Shown here: piece after piece, positions 43,391-54,279 of the stretch
How the letters are laid out: every line of letters begins with the position of its first letter
Numbering within the stretch: position 1 is the stretch's first letter
Assembly (NCBI GenBank): GCA_964035575.1
Contig: OZ037839.1
Span: 496,001-560,000, forward strand
Direction of reading: 5' to 3'
Source of the DNA: Rhynchopus sp. YZ270_cl-10
Lineage: Eukaryota
Length of the DNA stretch: 64,000 nt
Made by a program: the position numbers and the translations under genes
The notes under the pieces: generated by a model
Database searches by the model: none
What the model was told of the DNA's origin: nothing
Seen by the model: only the letters and a program-made list of their open reading frames with translations

Positions 43391-45892
43391 TTAACAGCCT
43401 GAAATGGGCACGGTTTTTCCACATCCAGATAAGAAGGCGCATGTCAGCTTGCGGAGTCGCTGGCACTCAAACAGCCCTGCATCGCAGTGTACCTCCTGCA
43501 GAAACCCTGCCTCGTTGTCTAGTAGCGAGAACAGCGCATTCTCCATGGCCACGTTGATGTGCGCGCTTTGCTTTGCTGTCGCTGTGTAGAAGGTGCCAGG
43601 CGCACCGAAGGCGACCACCTGTACTGGGAGGTCTGCCATGACTGCATGCCCTGCAGGTGTTCCGTGTCCAGTTACAACGACGTTTGTCCCATTTGCCAGA
43701 AGCGCTGCAACGTGAAGCTTCAAAGAAGCGCCGGCAACGTGCCGGTCGTTCCCCGCAAACCTGGATAGCGCAGAGGAGACGTCTACTAGGCCACGGCGGT
43801 CCTCCGCACGCCAGGAAGAGGCAAACGGGATGGTAGCGTCCAGCAGCTTCGCCAGCACGCTGTCGCCCCAGATGTCCAGGTCGTATGCCCAGCGGCGGGC
43901 GTGCTCCTCAGATGCCTTGGCCACGACAACACTCATGTTCTCATCTTTGTTGAGAAAGGTGACGCGCGGGAGGTCGTCAGGGCGCAGTGCATCCGTCTCG
44001 TGTGTGGAAAGCACCGTCCAGGACTCACCGTAGAGGGTGTGCAGGTCCTTCGCCACGTTCTCGGCGTCGTTCTGTGCAATGAAGGTAAGCAGTGCGAGGT
44101 CCGGTGTAGCAAGGCTGCCCCACTGCATCGTGCACGCTGCGTACGACCCGACGCTGGTTGAGTTGTCCGCCGCCCCGGTCGCCTGCGTTGTCTCGATGTC
44201 CTCGCTGAACGTCGTGCTGAGGCTGCACACAATGCAGAACACGACCATATACACAAACCACAGTGCCGTCGCCGCCTTCGCATCTGCAGTGAGAACGCGC
44301 TGTGTCATATTCAGCTTTGCCTCGAGCGCGCCACAGTGGTGGTCAAGGATGACGCTAGTCTCCTGCGCGAGACGCTCCATTGCGCGTCTGCTCTTCTTCG
44401 AAATGCAGGAGCTCTTTGGGTGGCACTGCCGCAGTGCGTCCAGACAGGGCAGCAGGTTGAGGTATCTCGTGTACTGCACGTCTTCGTTGCCGTCCTGCTC
44501 CGGAACGATCATGCTGTCTGTGACGTGGAGGTCATGGCGACGCAGAAGCTGACCCTGTGAGAGAGCGATGAGGGCCAAGGTAAGGAGGAGCATCTGAGCA
44601 TCGCCGGAGAAGGCGCTGCCGAGAATGCCGAAGAGCGTGAAGAGCGTCCAGCAGGAGAGCGCAGCGACGGTCGTGATGCGCTGCCGTCTGGCGATGCGGG
44701 TGGCCTGCTTGGCGGGCTTTGCAGCAGTGTAGGCAAGGAACAGCGCGCCACCGAGGAGGATGCACACGAGGGCCACCCATTTGACATCCGACACATCACC
44801 ACCCAGTGTGAGCACAGCAAAGAGAACCCACAGACTACCCATGGCCACATGTGCGGTGTACGTCCGGACAGTCAAAAAGTCAAGCCCAAACTCAGCCATA
44901 ACCAGCGGGTTCGCAGAAAGGCGCAGCTTCCAAGGCGTGACCTCGTCCTCAGGCACATCGGTTTCGTGCTCCTTCCTCATTGCGGTGCCCTCCTTCCATG
45001 CACGGCGTTTGTTGCGCAGCGCGACACACCACATGAAGACGAACACACCTGCCACGATGAGACACATCGCTACGAACGCAGCAAACGCAAACACACCGAC
45101 GAAGGAGAAGGCGCCGTTCGCTGTCGCGCAGAGCACGACCGCGGTGAGGAGCGGGGCGAGCAGCGTCGCGCACAGCAGCGCTGCGAGCTGGGCGTTCCTC
45201 ATACGGATCGCGCGGGCAGTGAAGTTTGCGTTGGGAAGATAGAACAGATGCACCGTGTCACGCGTCATGCCAAGCCAATGCGTCAGCAGCTTCATGTTGC
45301 AGTCCAACACTGCCGACGCGACTGTTACGAGCAACGCCGCTGCGTGCAGCGAAGACACCACAGTCCAGAACTCATCCGCCCCTGGGAGCAGCATCCTCAA
45401 CGTCAAGGTGTAGGTCAGCCTCGCCCACAGCAGCACCGTGAAGCACAGCACCGACATCAGCAGCACGGCAACGTACGCGCGCACCCACACCGAGAATGCG
45501 ATCTCCTCAGCAATCTGCAGCCCCCACGCGGACACACCCCACTTCATGCCGTGGTCGTCACGCCCACGGGAGGGGCTGCGTGAGTGCGCCACGTAAGGGG
45601 AGCCTGCACGGGCAGGGCTAGCGTGCTCCGGGATGTCGGCGTCGTCGTCCTCCTCCAGCACTTCTTCGAAGAGTTCGTTGCTGCGTGCATCGTTGCGCTC
45701 GGTGCTGCGTGTCCTGCGTGCAGGCTCGCTCGACCCACGGCGTGTCTGTGGCCGCACCACAGAAGGCGGCGTGCGCTGCGACCCTGTCGACACAGCCTCC
45801 ATCTCTTCCATCGCAGGCACGCCCACGCTGTCCACGTCCATCACCTCCGACAGCGGGCAGCCGTGGGTCGTCCCCGATGACATCCGGTCCAT
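43391..45892 (-). CDS. Multi-pass membrane protein with C-terminal lipase class 3-like alpha/beta hydrolase domain (nucleophile Ser absent)
   Basis: About 9 hydrophobic segments; WAYDLDIW, VVVTGHGTPAG, VVAFGAPG and EVHC motifs; likely start MDRMSS at 45892. Confidence 0.8.
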   Translation of the reverse strand: MDRMSSGTTHGCPLSEVMDVDSVGVPAMEEMEAVSTGSQRTPPSVVRPQTRRGSSEPARRTRSTERNDARSNELFEEVLEEDDDADIPEHASPARAGSPYVAHSRSPSRGRDDHGMKWGVSAWGLQIAEEIAFSVWVRAYVAVLLMSVLCFTVLLWARLTYTLTLRMLLPGADEFWTVVSSLHAAALLVTVASAVLDCNMKLLTHWLGMTRDTVHLFYLPNANFTARAIRMRNAQLAALLCATLLAPLLTAVVLCATANGAFSFVGVFAFAAFVAMCLIVAGVFVFMWCVALRNKRRAWKEGTAMRKEHETDVPEDEVTPWKLRLSANPLVMAEFGLDFLTVRTYTAHVAMGSLWVLFAVLTLGGDVSDVKWVALVCILLGGALFLAYTAAKPAKQATRIARRQRITTVAALSCWTLFTLFGILGSAFSGDAQMLLLTLALIALSQGQLLRRHDLHVTDSMIVPEQDGNEDVQYTRYLNLLPCLDALRQCHPKSSCISKKSRRAMERLAQETSVILDHHCGALEAKLNMTQRVLTADAKAATALWFVYMVVFCIVCSLSTTFSEDIETTQATGAADNSTSVGSYAACTMQWGSLATPDLALLTFIAQNDAENVAKDLHTLYGESWTVLSTHETDALRPDDLPRVTFLNKDENMSVVVAKASEEHARRWAYDLDIWGDSVLAKLLDATIPFASSWRAEDRRGLVDVSSALSRFAGNDRHVAGASLKLHVAALLANGTNVVVTGHGTPAGHAVMADLPVQVVAFGAPGTFYTATAKQSAHINVAMENALFSLLDNEAGFLQEVHCDAGLFECQRLRKLTCAFLSGCGKTVPISGC

Positions 45893-46405
45893 AGTCTTGT
45901 GTTGCCTTTGTTTCAACCTGGGGTGGCGAGTATGAGGGGAGGGAGGGCAGGGGTCACACAAGGTTCTGATGTGTGATGAGGCGGGAATTGGGGTAGAGTT
46001 TCAACAGTGGAAACAGGGGGTTCATGACTACCTCTCAGGTGGATGTGATATTGTGGCGAAGGAGAAGGAAACGAAAAAGGAAGAACACCGTATGGCGAAC
46101 CAGCTGCAACAGGTGTGATGGAGAACCAAACACTGGATGAGAGTTTTTTGCAGAGAACGCACCTTCCGTCGCTTGTCCTTCCTCTTTTTGCCAATGCTTA
46201 TAAAAAAATAGGAGGGGGTAAACTCTTTTTATTTACCAAAACGGGGCGAAGTTTTTGCAAAAATATATTTCGTGTAAACGTACAAATTCAGTCCATTATC
46301 AATAAAGAAAAAAAAATACTTAAACACCACCCTCTCCCTCAACAAAATGAGATCACAACACAACTGAGTATTTTATTTACCTCACATTGAATTCCCACCC
46401 CCCTT

Positions 46406-49400
46406 TTATCGCATCCCCTTCACTGCATGCGCTGCATTGTATGGAAGAAACTCTACAGGTACTTTATGCTTCCGTTTCCGTGAGGATCCCCTGCACCAGA
46501 TGTCGGCGCTATGTGGGCGTGCTGCAGGAACACCAACACCAACACCACCAACACCACTCCCTTGCGAGGAGCGAAGCAGGGTGCGCACCTCCCGCCGCAC
46601 AGCGCCCGCCGAGACAGGACGGGGCCGCCACACATCCTCAGAGCTGCCCTGCAAATCCACCAGGACCAACTCCTCCTCACAGCCTCGTCTTCCTTCTTGC
46701 TCTTCGGCCTCGATGGATGCACGGAGTGTCGCGCTTTGTTGCCACAACGCGGTGATGCGGGGTTGCAGTGCACGTTGTTGACGGCGACGACGACGGCGGA
46801 GCTTTTCATCTTGTCTCCTCTGTCTAGTCAGCATGCGGAGCGACGAATATGCGTGCAACCGTCGGTAATACTGCTGGAGCAACGCAAGAAAGTTTCTTCT
46901 TAGAATTTGCTTTACAGCGCTGACCTGCAGGCCTTCACGATGTCTCCTCCACGTCGCCCGCAGTTCCGACGCCAAATAACACAACTCAGCGTGCCCTGTT
47001 GACTCTAGATGCGAAATATCCTCCCTCGCATGACCTTCCGATGCGAGCAACGCGGACGCAGCGCACCACAGATGCAGTCTCAACAAATACGTTCTGCACA
47101 GCGCGCACCGTGCTGCCTCGTAGAGCTCCGCAAGCGCACGACGACGCTCCTTACAACGGTTGTGATACCGAAGAAGCGAATGGAAAAAGGTACGACGCTG
47201 GATAAGCGCATTGCGTGCCTTAAGAAGCCTACACCGCGCTTCAAGCACAACCCGTTTATAGACAGCAAAGTAACGACGTAATACCCGGACGCGACTGTGG
47301 TGGAGCAACTGCGCTGCCTTAGCCTTTCTCCGTTTGGTACGTATCTGCTGCGCAGACTTGATGAAGTACCATCGAAACCGTCGTAGCAGCGCCATCTCAT
47401 TTTTCAACCGCATTGGCGTGACATACTGTCTCCTCTGCATCCGCACCCTCACCCTGCGTGTCTCCTTCGCGTTGGCAGCATGATTACGAAGACAAACAAA
47501 ATACCGAAGCTGCAACCCAGTACACAAATCCGCTGACATTCCACGCGCCGCTCGAATGGTCCTGGTATTCGCTTCAAACTCATTGCGTAAAATACCACCA
47601 CGCCCTACGGCCTGAAGTTTTCGCACCAAAAATTCTTGGTAAGTTACAACCCGCACCGCAACGGAGGTACAAAGTGTTGTATCTGTACACCATGTTGTCA
47701 CTTTGTCTGGCCATATGCCCAATGCTGTCTCTTTAGAGAGAGCTACGTCTTGCGGCGTGCCTTGGAGGTTGCGGATTGCCCAGCGTGAGTCAGTACAGAG
47801 CAGGTAGTGAGCATTGGGGCCCATCCAAACGGGGCGTGATGATGCCACCTTGTCAACGGCGTTGTAGATGCCGCAGGCCTCTTTGGTGTGCGCCATGACA
47901 CAGAGTTGTGGTCCCGGGAAGGTTTCCGTTTCGGCCCGGCGAGAGGAGAGCTGCCGTTCACAGCGGTGCTGTCGGAACAGAGCCTGCAGTTTGACCACCT
48001 TCGCCAAAACCCTGTGTACTATAGCTCGCATGCGACGTCGTAATATGCATGCATAAATATGCTGTCCAACCACCTTCGCTGCTGTAGCACGTACCAAATG
48101 TCTTCCCTGAAGTGGCGCACCACATCGCCCGACGCTCATAAGAACGCCAGAGATCTTTTTAATCCGCACTACGTGGCCATGGTAAAGACCTTGCACTCTG
48201 CTGGCAGCGAGGTGCCGGCGAAGAAGATGGCGGCGTAAGGTATCGAAGTACCGGAGGCAGAGGAGTTCGAAGTGCGCTTTGCGAAGTTGCGCGACACGTC
48301 GTGCGTTTTCCATTGCGTGGGAGGTGCGGAGCTGGCGGCTGAGGAGACGGTGCCCTAGGAGCTTTAAGAAGTAGCGGTGGAGGACGCGTTTGTTCTCAGA
48401 GTGTTCTAAAGCGGAGACACAACGTAGGTAGGAACGGCGCTGTCTGTGTTGTGCGGTGAAGACCTGCCATTTGATGCAGTATGTCGTGGTCAGTGTGGAG
48501 GAGGTGTGTGCACGTAGGATGGCGAGCGAGCGGAGGATGGTGCGCATGCGGGTGCTGCTAAGCCGGTCGAAGCTGCGTTTGAGACGCAAACTCAGAAGCA
48601 GTGTGCCAAAGTACTTCCGCCGCAACGTCTGTTCGCAGCGGTGCTGCAGTGCAGTACACCCATTTCCCCTCTGCCTACGTTGTTCGCAGTGCCGGCACCA
48701 CCTCCGGTAAGCAACACCAAGCGCCCTCCTCAGTGTGAGGGATTCAAGAAGAACGACACTCCGCTGTGCCCACACACAGCGCCACCTCGCAGTGCACACC
48801 TCCGTAGTGTGTGGTGGGGGTTGTGGGTGCTGTGCCACGTCGTGTTGAGTGTCGGGCAGGTTGGTCTCTGGTCCCTCGGGCCGTTCATCGGGGAGGCCGT
48901 GCTGTGCAGGCTCTTGGCATGGTGGCTGCTGTTCCACATCGTGTTGTTGAGTGTCTTCCGGCAAGTCCTGTGCAGCTGCCCCGTCTTGGCATGGGGTTGG
49001 TTCCTCTGCGTCGTGCTGGTGCTGTGTGTCTGATTCATCCAACTGTACTGGCAGCGCTTCACCATCTGGGTATTCAGGCACTCCACCTCTGTCAGACTCA
49101 CCTTGCACTCTACCTTCTGACGGTACAGACCCTTCACAGGACACCGGTGTCTGTTCCCCTTCGTGTCCGTCAGCCACTGCGCCTTCATACGGCAGGTCTC
49201 CCTCCTTGGTCGCTTCCTCCCTGCCGGCGTCAGGTGTGTCTTCTTGTTGAGTGTCGGGCAGGTCATTGGTCTCTGGTCCCTCGGGCCGTTCATCGGGGAG
49301 GCTATGCTGTGCAGGCTCTTGGCATGGTGGCTGCTGTTCCACATCGTGTTGTTGAGTGTCTTCCGGCAAGTCCTGTGCAGCTGCCCTGTCTTGGCATGGG

Positions 49401-49729
49401 GTTGGTTCCTCTGCGTTGTGCTTGTGTTGCGTATCTGCTTCATCCAACTGTACTGGCAGCGCTTCACCATCTTGGCATCCAGGCACTCCACCTCTGTCAG
49501 CAGACTCACCTTGCCCTCCACCTTCTGACGGTACAAACCCTTCACAGGACACCGGCGTCTGTTCCCCTTCGTGTCCATCAGCCACCACACCCTCACGCGG
49601 CAGGTCTCCCTCCTTGGTCGCTTCCTCCCTGCAGGCATCAGGTGTGTCTTCCTTGTTCACTTGGACGCCACCTCCATCTGGAATGCCCTCCTCCTCTGAA
49701 GGCAGAAGGGGTACATGGTCAGGTTCCAT
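46406..49729 (-). CDS. Large protein with duplicated acidic N-terminal segment, IQ-like motifs and Sfi1-like (LRRYF..) repeats; probably cytoskeletal/flagellar
   Basis: 1107-aa ORF; ~135-aa internal duplication (~49650-49250 vs ~49245-48845); VQGLYHGHVVR, KLQALFRQHRCER, KLQAVGRGGILR. Confidence 0.75.
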   Translation of the reverse strand: MEPDHVPLLPSEEEGIPDGGGVQVNKEDTPDACREEATKEGDLPREGVVADGHEGEQTPVSCEGFVPSEGGGQGESADRGGVPGCQDGEALPVQLDEADTQHKHNAEEPTPCQDRAAAQDLPEDTQQHDVEQQPPCQEPAQHSLPDERPEGPETNDLPDTQQEDTPDAGREEATKEGDLPYEGAVADGHEGEQTPVSCEGSVPSEGRVQGESDRGGVPEYPDGEALPVQLDESDTQHQHDAEEPTPCQDGAAAQDLPEDTQQHDVEQQPPCQEPAQHGLPDERPEGPETNLPDTQHDVAQHPQPPPHTTEVCTARWRCVWAQRSVVLLESLTLRRALGVAYRRWCRHCEQRRQRGNGCTALQHRCEQTLRRKYFGTLLLSLRLKRSFDRLSSTRMRTILRSLAILRAHTSSTLTTTYCIKWQVFTAQHRQRRSYLRCVSALEHSENKRVLHRYFLKLLGHRLLSRQLRTSHAMENARRVAQLRKAHFELLCLRYFDTLRRHLLRRHLAASRVQGLYHGHVVRIKKISGVLMSVGRCGAPLQGRHLVRATAAKVVGQHIYACILRRRMRAIVHRVLAKVVKLQALFRQHRCERQLSSRRAETETFPGPQLCVMAHTKEACGIYNAVDKVASSRPVWMGPNAHYLLCTDSRWAIRNLQGTPQDVALSKETALGIWPDKVTTWCTDTTLCTSVAVRVVTYQEFLVRKLQAVGRGGILRNEFEANTRTIRAARGMSADLCTGLQLRYFVCLRNHAANAKETRRVRVRMQRRQYVTPMRLKNEMALLRRFRWYFIKSAQQIRTKRRKAKAAQLLHHSRVRVLRRYFAVYKRVVLEARCRLLKARNALIQRRTFFHSLLRYHNRCKERRRALAELYEAARCALCRTYLLRLHLWCAASALLASEGHAREDISHLESTGHAELCYLASELRATWRRHREGLQVSAVKQILRRNFLALLQQYYRRLHAYSSLRMLTRQRRQDEKLRRRRRRQQRALQPRITALWQQSATLRASIEAEEQEGRRGCEEELVLVDLQGSSEDVWRPRPVSAGAVRREVRTLLRSSQGSGVGGVGVGVPAARPHSADIWCRGSSRKRKHKVPVEFLPYNAAHAVKGMR

Positions 49730-52175
49730 AGCGGTCGGTTGGTTGTCAAATTTTTTTGTGGCAATTCTTTATTGTTAACCACCTGATAGACCCAACGGTG
49801 TTTGACGTTTTGTTTGGCAGTTTAGTTGCTACCCGGGGGACAAAATCAGGTGAGATGAGGCTAACTTATGAGTCGTCCGGTGTTTCGTCCACTACGGCCT
49901 CGTCTGCAGCCTGGTTGTGGTTCTGCTGCCAAGTGTGCTGCGCAAGAAGTGCTGTAGGTATCACAAACCAGACCCTCGCGAGAAGCTCCAAGGCGTGCAT
50001 GAAGGCATCAAGTGCTTTATCCTTTTTATCTCTGAACGGTTAAATGGAATGTGTGAAAGATAGGGAAGAAAAAGTGAAATAATTGGGAGAGCGTTGGAAA
50101 AAGGGAGGAAAAAGGGAGGAAAAAAAGAGGGAAAAAAAGACGTCATTTTTTTTGTTAAATGTGCAACAACTCTTTTAAAAGTGTTGTCTTCTTTGCATCG
50201 TTTGGTTTATTTTATTATTGTAATGAAATTGTAAGTTATCAACACAACCACCCCCTTCCAAGAAGCAATGTTTTATCTCGCGTCTTTCATCGGGGGGGAG
50301 GGAAAGTAATAGTTAATGCAGGCAACCTCTGACTGACCATACGATGCCTGTCATGCCAGATAAAAGCACCAAAAAGAAAAAAGAGAAGTTAAGAGATCAA
50401 TATGCCTTTGCGTGCATCATATCTCAACAAAAAAAAATGCAAAATATAAACACAAGGAGAACAGGGTGGGGTTTCCAGAAAGAAGCAAATACAGGAGGTG
50501 TTTAGCGAATTTTTGGAACTGTCCTGGAAAATTTTTTTGCCTCGCGCGGCAATTTGTTTCTCCCCCCCTGACGAAAAAAAAAGTACACAAAAAAATGCGT
50601 TTCTACGTACCCACCTTTAGTGGGCCAATAATGTCACGTCGTTCACCCAACGCTCCGCAACACCACCACCCGATAGTGTGCGTGGAAGCGTTAACGCATC
50701 AAACAACTACAAGGGGTGAGGGAACCACTAGCGATATTTTTTGTTTGACAATGGACGGGTAGATGACCCGTGATGCCAATGGTGACGGTACACAGGGCAA
50801 GCCTGGCATCCACAAAAGAAAGAAAAGTTTATAAGATGATCCTAAGCCTCTCTGTGCTTAGTCACCTTAAAATAAAAATGTCGTTTTAAAAAAGAAAGGT
50901 GGTCAAAGAAAGATGATCTGTGCCTCACGGGTACGCATCTAGGAAGTCTAGGAAGCAAGAGAAGTGGGAGAGGGAGTCTTACTTAAAGAAAAGTTGCAAG
51001 ATGGCTACACCTCACCGTGCACACACATCCGTAATGAAGAAAGAAACGGCATATTTGAAAGGGGATAAGGAGATTGTTTATTTTTTTTTTTGTTTTGCTG
51101 CAGTTTTTGTTTGCTAAAACTACCTTCAAAAAAAGGGGGGGGAACAGTGTTAAAGGGATTGCTGAATCGCTGATATAAGAAAGAGTGGAAGAGAGGTTTT
51201 TGAAAGTGCAAAAATGCGCAGCGTATCGATTCTCCAACGTTGCAGCCTCCTCGAGGAGAAGCTCAACAACGCTGGCACTGAAGAGAGGGAGAGATCGAAA
51301 AGGGGGTGTTATGAATTATTACAATGTGACTCTGGGTCACATCAAAGAAAAAAAAATAGGTAGGCGTGCTTTTAGGAGACACCCCAACCTTTACGTTACC
51401 ATACCAAACAAATCAAAATAAAAAAGTAATTACTATCAAAGTATCTCAACATATGCATTCAATAAATTGATAGCATAGGAAGAAGGAATCAAAAAATGTT
51501 CCCAACTTTTTTATCGAAAAAAAAATGGGGTGTCCTGTGTGTATGGGGAGGCTCGATATTCATTTCCCTCCCCACTCATCATCGTCGGAGCAGTGCGGAA
51601 GGAACACAGAATACACAGACGAAAACCCGTCGCTCGAGTAACTTGGCTCCACCAGGGCAATCAATCACGCTTAGGCTTTGTCCAGCCTCCGAAATGTCAA
51701 AACAAAAATAAGGGATAAACTGACTGTACGATGCCAGCCATCCGGATGAAATCACAAAAAAAAAACCCTTGAAAGATGAAGGCGCCTTGCGTGATAAAAC
51801 AAAGATCAAAAACAAAAAAAAAATTCTCCCCCCCTTCGGGGGGTTTTCTTATGCTTTTATTATTGTTATCATGTTCATGTTATTTTTGCTTTTGTTCATT
51901 TTTTTTTTTTTTTGAAAAAGTTTGTTCTTGTTTGTTTTTTTGTTGTTTTTTCCCTCCCGCTTTTTTTGAGTTTTTTTTTTCTAAGTTTGTCAACAGCAGA
52001 AAAAGGGTGCGTTACTGTTGAGATTACGACTCAACTACTCACATCCACGATCTCAAACCAAGAAAGTGTTCTTGTTTTCCTTTTTTATTTGCACTCCCCC
52101 TCCTACACACGAATGCCAGCCCTCCACCGGATAGCTATTTTAACAATAATTGTCAGCTTCATTCTCCACATGGCT

Positions 52176-53841
52176 CTACATCTTGGCAATGGTGTGGGAC
52201 CCGCTTTCATGCAAGCCTGCAGAGGTGATCCTCACGAAGTCGCACTTCTTCTGCATATCAGGGATGCTGTTCGCCCCGCAGTAGCTGATACCGGACCGGA
52301 GACCTCCCACCATCGATCTCAAAATGCCATCAACCGGCCCCCTGTTTTGTTTTGTTGCGTTTTTATGGTTTATGATTTTTTAAAAAAGAAAAGAGCAGAT
52401 AGTTAAAAGGAGAATAACAGAAAAAAAAAACGTTGAAAAAGTTTTTTTTCCAAATATTTTTGTGTGTTAGCGGAGAAGAAAACAGTTTCTCTGTGTCGCT
52501 TTTATCTTTCACATTGACATACTTATAGGGCACGATGCCTTCTACTCCTTCAGGCGTCATTTCGAAGATGTTGTCGAGGCTCACCTTCTCTCTTTCGTTC
52601 TTTGCTATGTTTGCCCCAAAGCCGGCCATGCCTCTGACCACCTTCACCTTCTTTCCGTCCTTCACGAGGAGAGCCCCTGGGGATTCATCCGTGCCTGCCA
52701 GCGCAGAGCCGAGCATGACTGTGCTGGCGCCTGCTGCTAATGCTTTGGAGACTTCGCCAGAGAGCTTGACCCCGCCGTCTGCGATGACGGGGACACCTTC
52801 GTAATTGGCGAAGGGGCAGACGTCGAAGAGGGCAGAGAGCTGTGGCATCCCTGCGCCTGCTACCTTGCGGGTGATGCAGATGGACCCAGGACCAACGCCC
52901 ACCTTCAGTCCATCAGCGCCTGCAGAGATCAAGTCCTTTGCCGCCTGTTCAGTGCAGATGTTGCCCGCAATCACATCAACCTTCGCACAAATAGGGTCAG
53001 CCTTAAGGAGCTGCAGCATTTCAATCTCAAGAGCGCTGTGTCCATGCGCAATGTCGATGACTAAGACGTCGCAGCCGACCTCAACCAAGCGGCGGGCACG
53101 TTCCAAATCTCCTTTTTTCACGCCGACGGCAGCGCCGACCCGGAGACGGCCCTTTGTGTCCATGGTGGCGGCGGTGTTGTCTGTGAGCTTGCGCAGGTCT
53201 GCTGCGGTGATGAGTGAGCGGAGGCGCCCGCCTTCGTCCACAACAGGAAGGTTGCTGATCCGCCCGTCGTGCATGATGGCCATGGCAGCCTCGGTGCTGA
53301 TGTCGTCGTCTTTCGTGACGATGAGCTTGCTACGCGGTGTCATCACGTCGGACACACGCGTGGTGTGCGGGACAATGTTTTTGAATTGTATGTCTGTGCG
53401 TGTCAGGATGCCCACAAGACGGTCGCCGTCGAGCACAACAATGGAGGTAATGCCGTACTTCGAGCCGTAGTCGAACTCCATCACCTTCTGTGCGGTGGCG
53501 ACGGTGTCGTTCGGGGAGACGTGGCGCGGGTTCATAATGCGGAAGGACTGCGCACGCTTCACGGCAGTGACCATGGCGCACTGTTCGTCCACACTGCAGA
53601 AGCGGTGCAAGATGCCGATACCGCCTGCCCTTGCCAGCGCAATCGACATGTCGAGTTCGCACACCGTGTCCATGTTAGCGGCGACAATAGGGATGTTGAG
53701 CCAAATGTTGCGCGACAGCTTCGTCCTTGTGTGCACGTCCTTCCTCGACTTTATGCCCGAATACTTTGGAACAAGAAGCACATCATCGTAAGTCAACCTC
53801 GTCGGTACGTGGCTCTCACGGAAGCGTCTTGCGTGAGACAT
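52176..53841 (-). CDS. GMPR: CBS-domain GMP reductase (trypanosomatid-type, IMPDH/GMPR family); exons 53841-52523 and 52341-52176
   Basis: [56 protein letters not shown] 181-bp GTATGT...CAG intron restores the conserved end [23 protein letters not shown]...[10 protein letters not shown]. Confidence 0.92.
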
Positions 53842-54279
53842 CTTAAGGGGTGGGCTGGGTGGCGTTCTGTAGGGGAGAGGTGGTGAAGGTTGTGCCATGT
53901 GCTGTTCCTGCAATGAAAAGGATGCAGGCACCTCCGACTGACCCACTGTACGATGCCAGCCATCCGGATGCAAGCACAACCCGGCAAGAAGGTGTAAAAA
54001 GAGGCGTGCTAACCTAAGCTAGTGTAGCTCCAATCGCAAATGAAATAGGAGGATTAATGCAGGTTTGCAGTATGTAGTTCAAATGTAGACCAAAAGCTGC
54101 TGAACGTGCCACATTCAGGAACAAAATAAATCGATCAAAAAGGCTGAACAATATTTATTTGTTAGTTTTGCAGCCTTCCTACAACAAAAAAAAGAACAAT
54201 AAAAATCCCGTTTGTCTATTGTTTAGTTGGTACGTACCCACGTCATACGCGTTGCTTCGATTACCCTACCCCCAAGAGC

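Noticed and set aside
52363..52522. Track C-terminus of the GMPR ORF (YVNVKDK...)
   Set aside because: Intron read-through; the conserved C-terminus is in the downstream exon.
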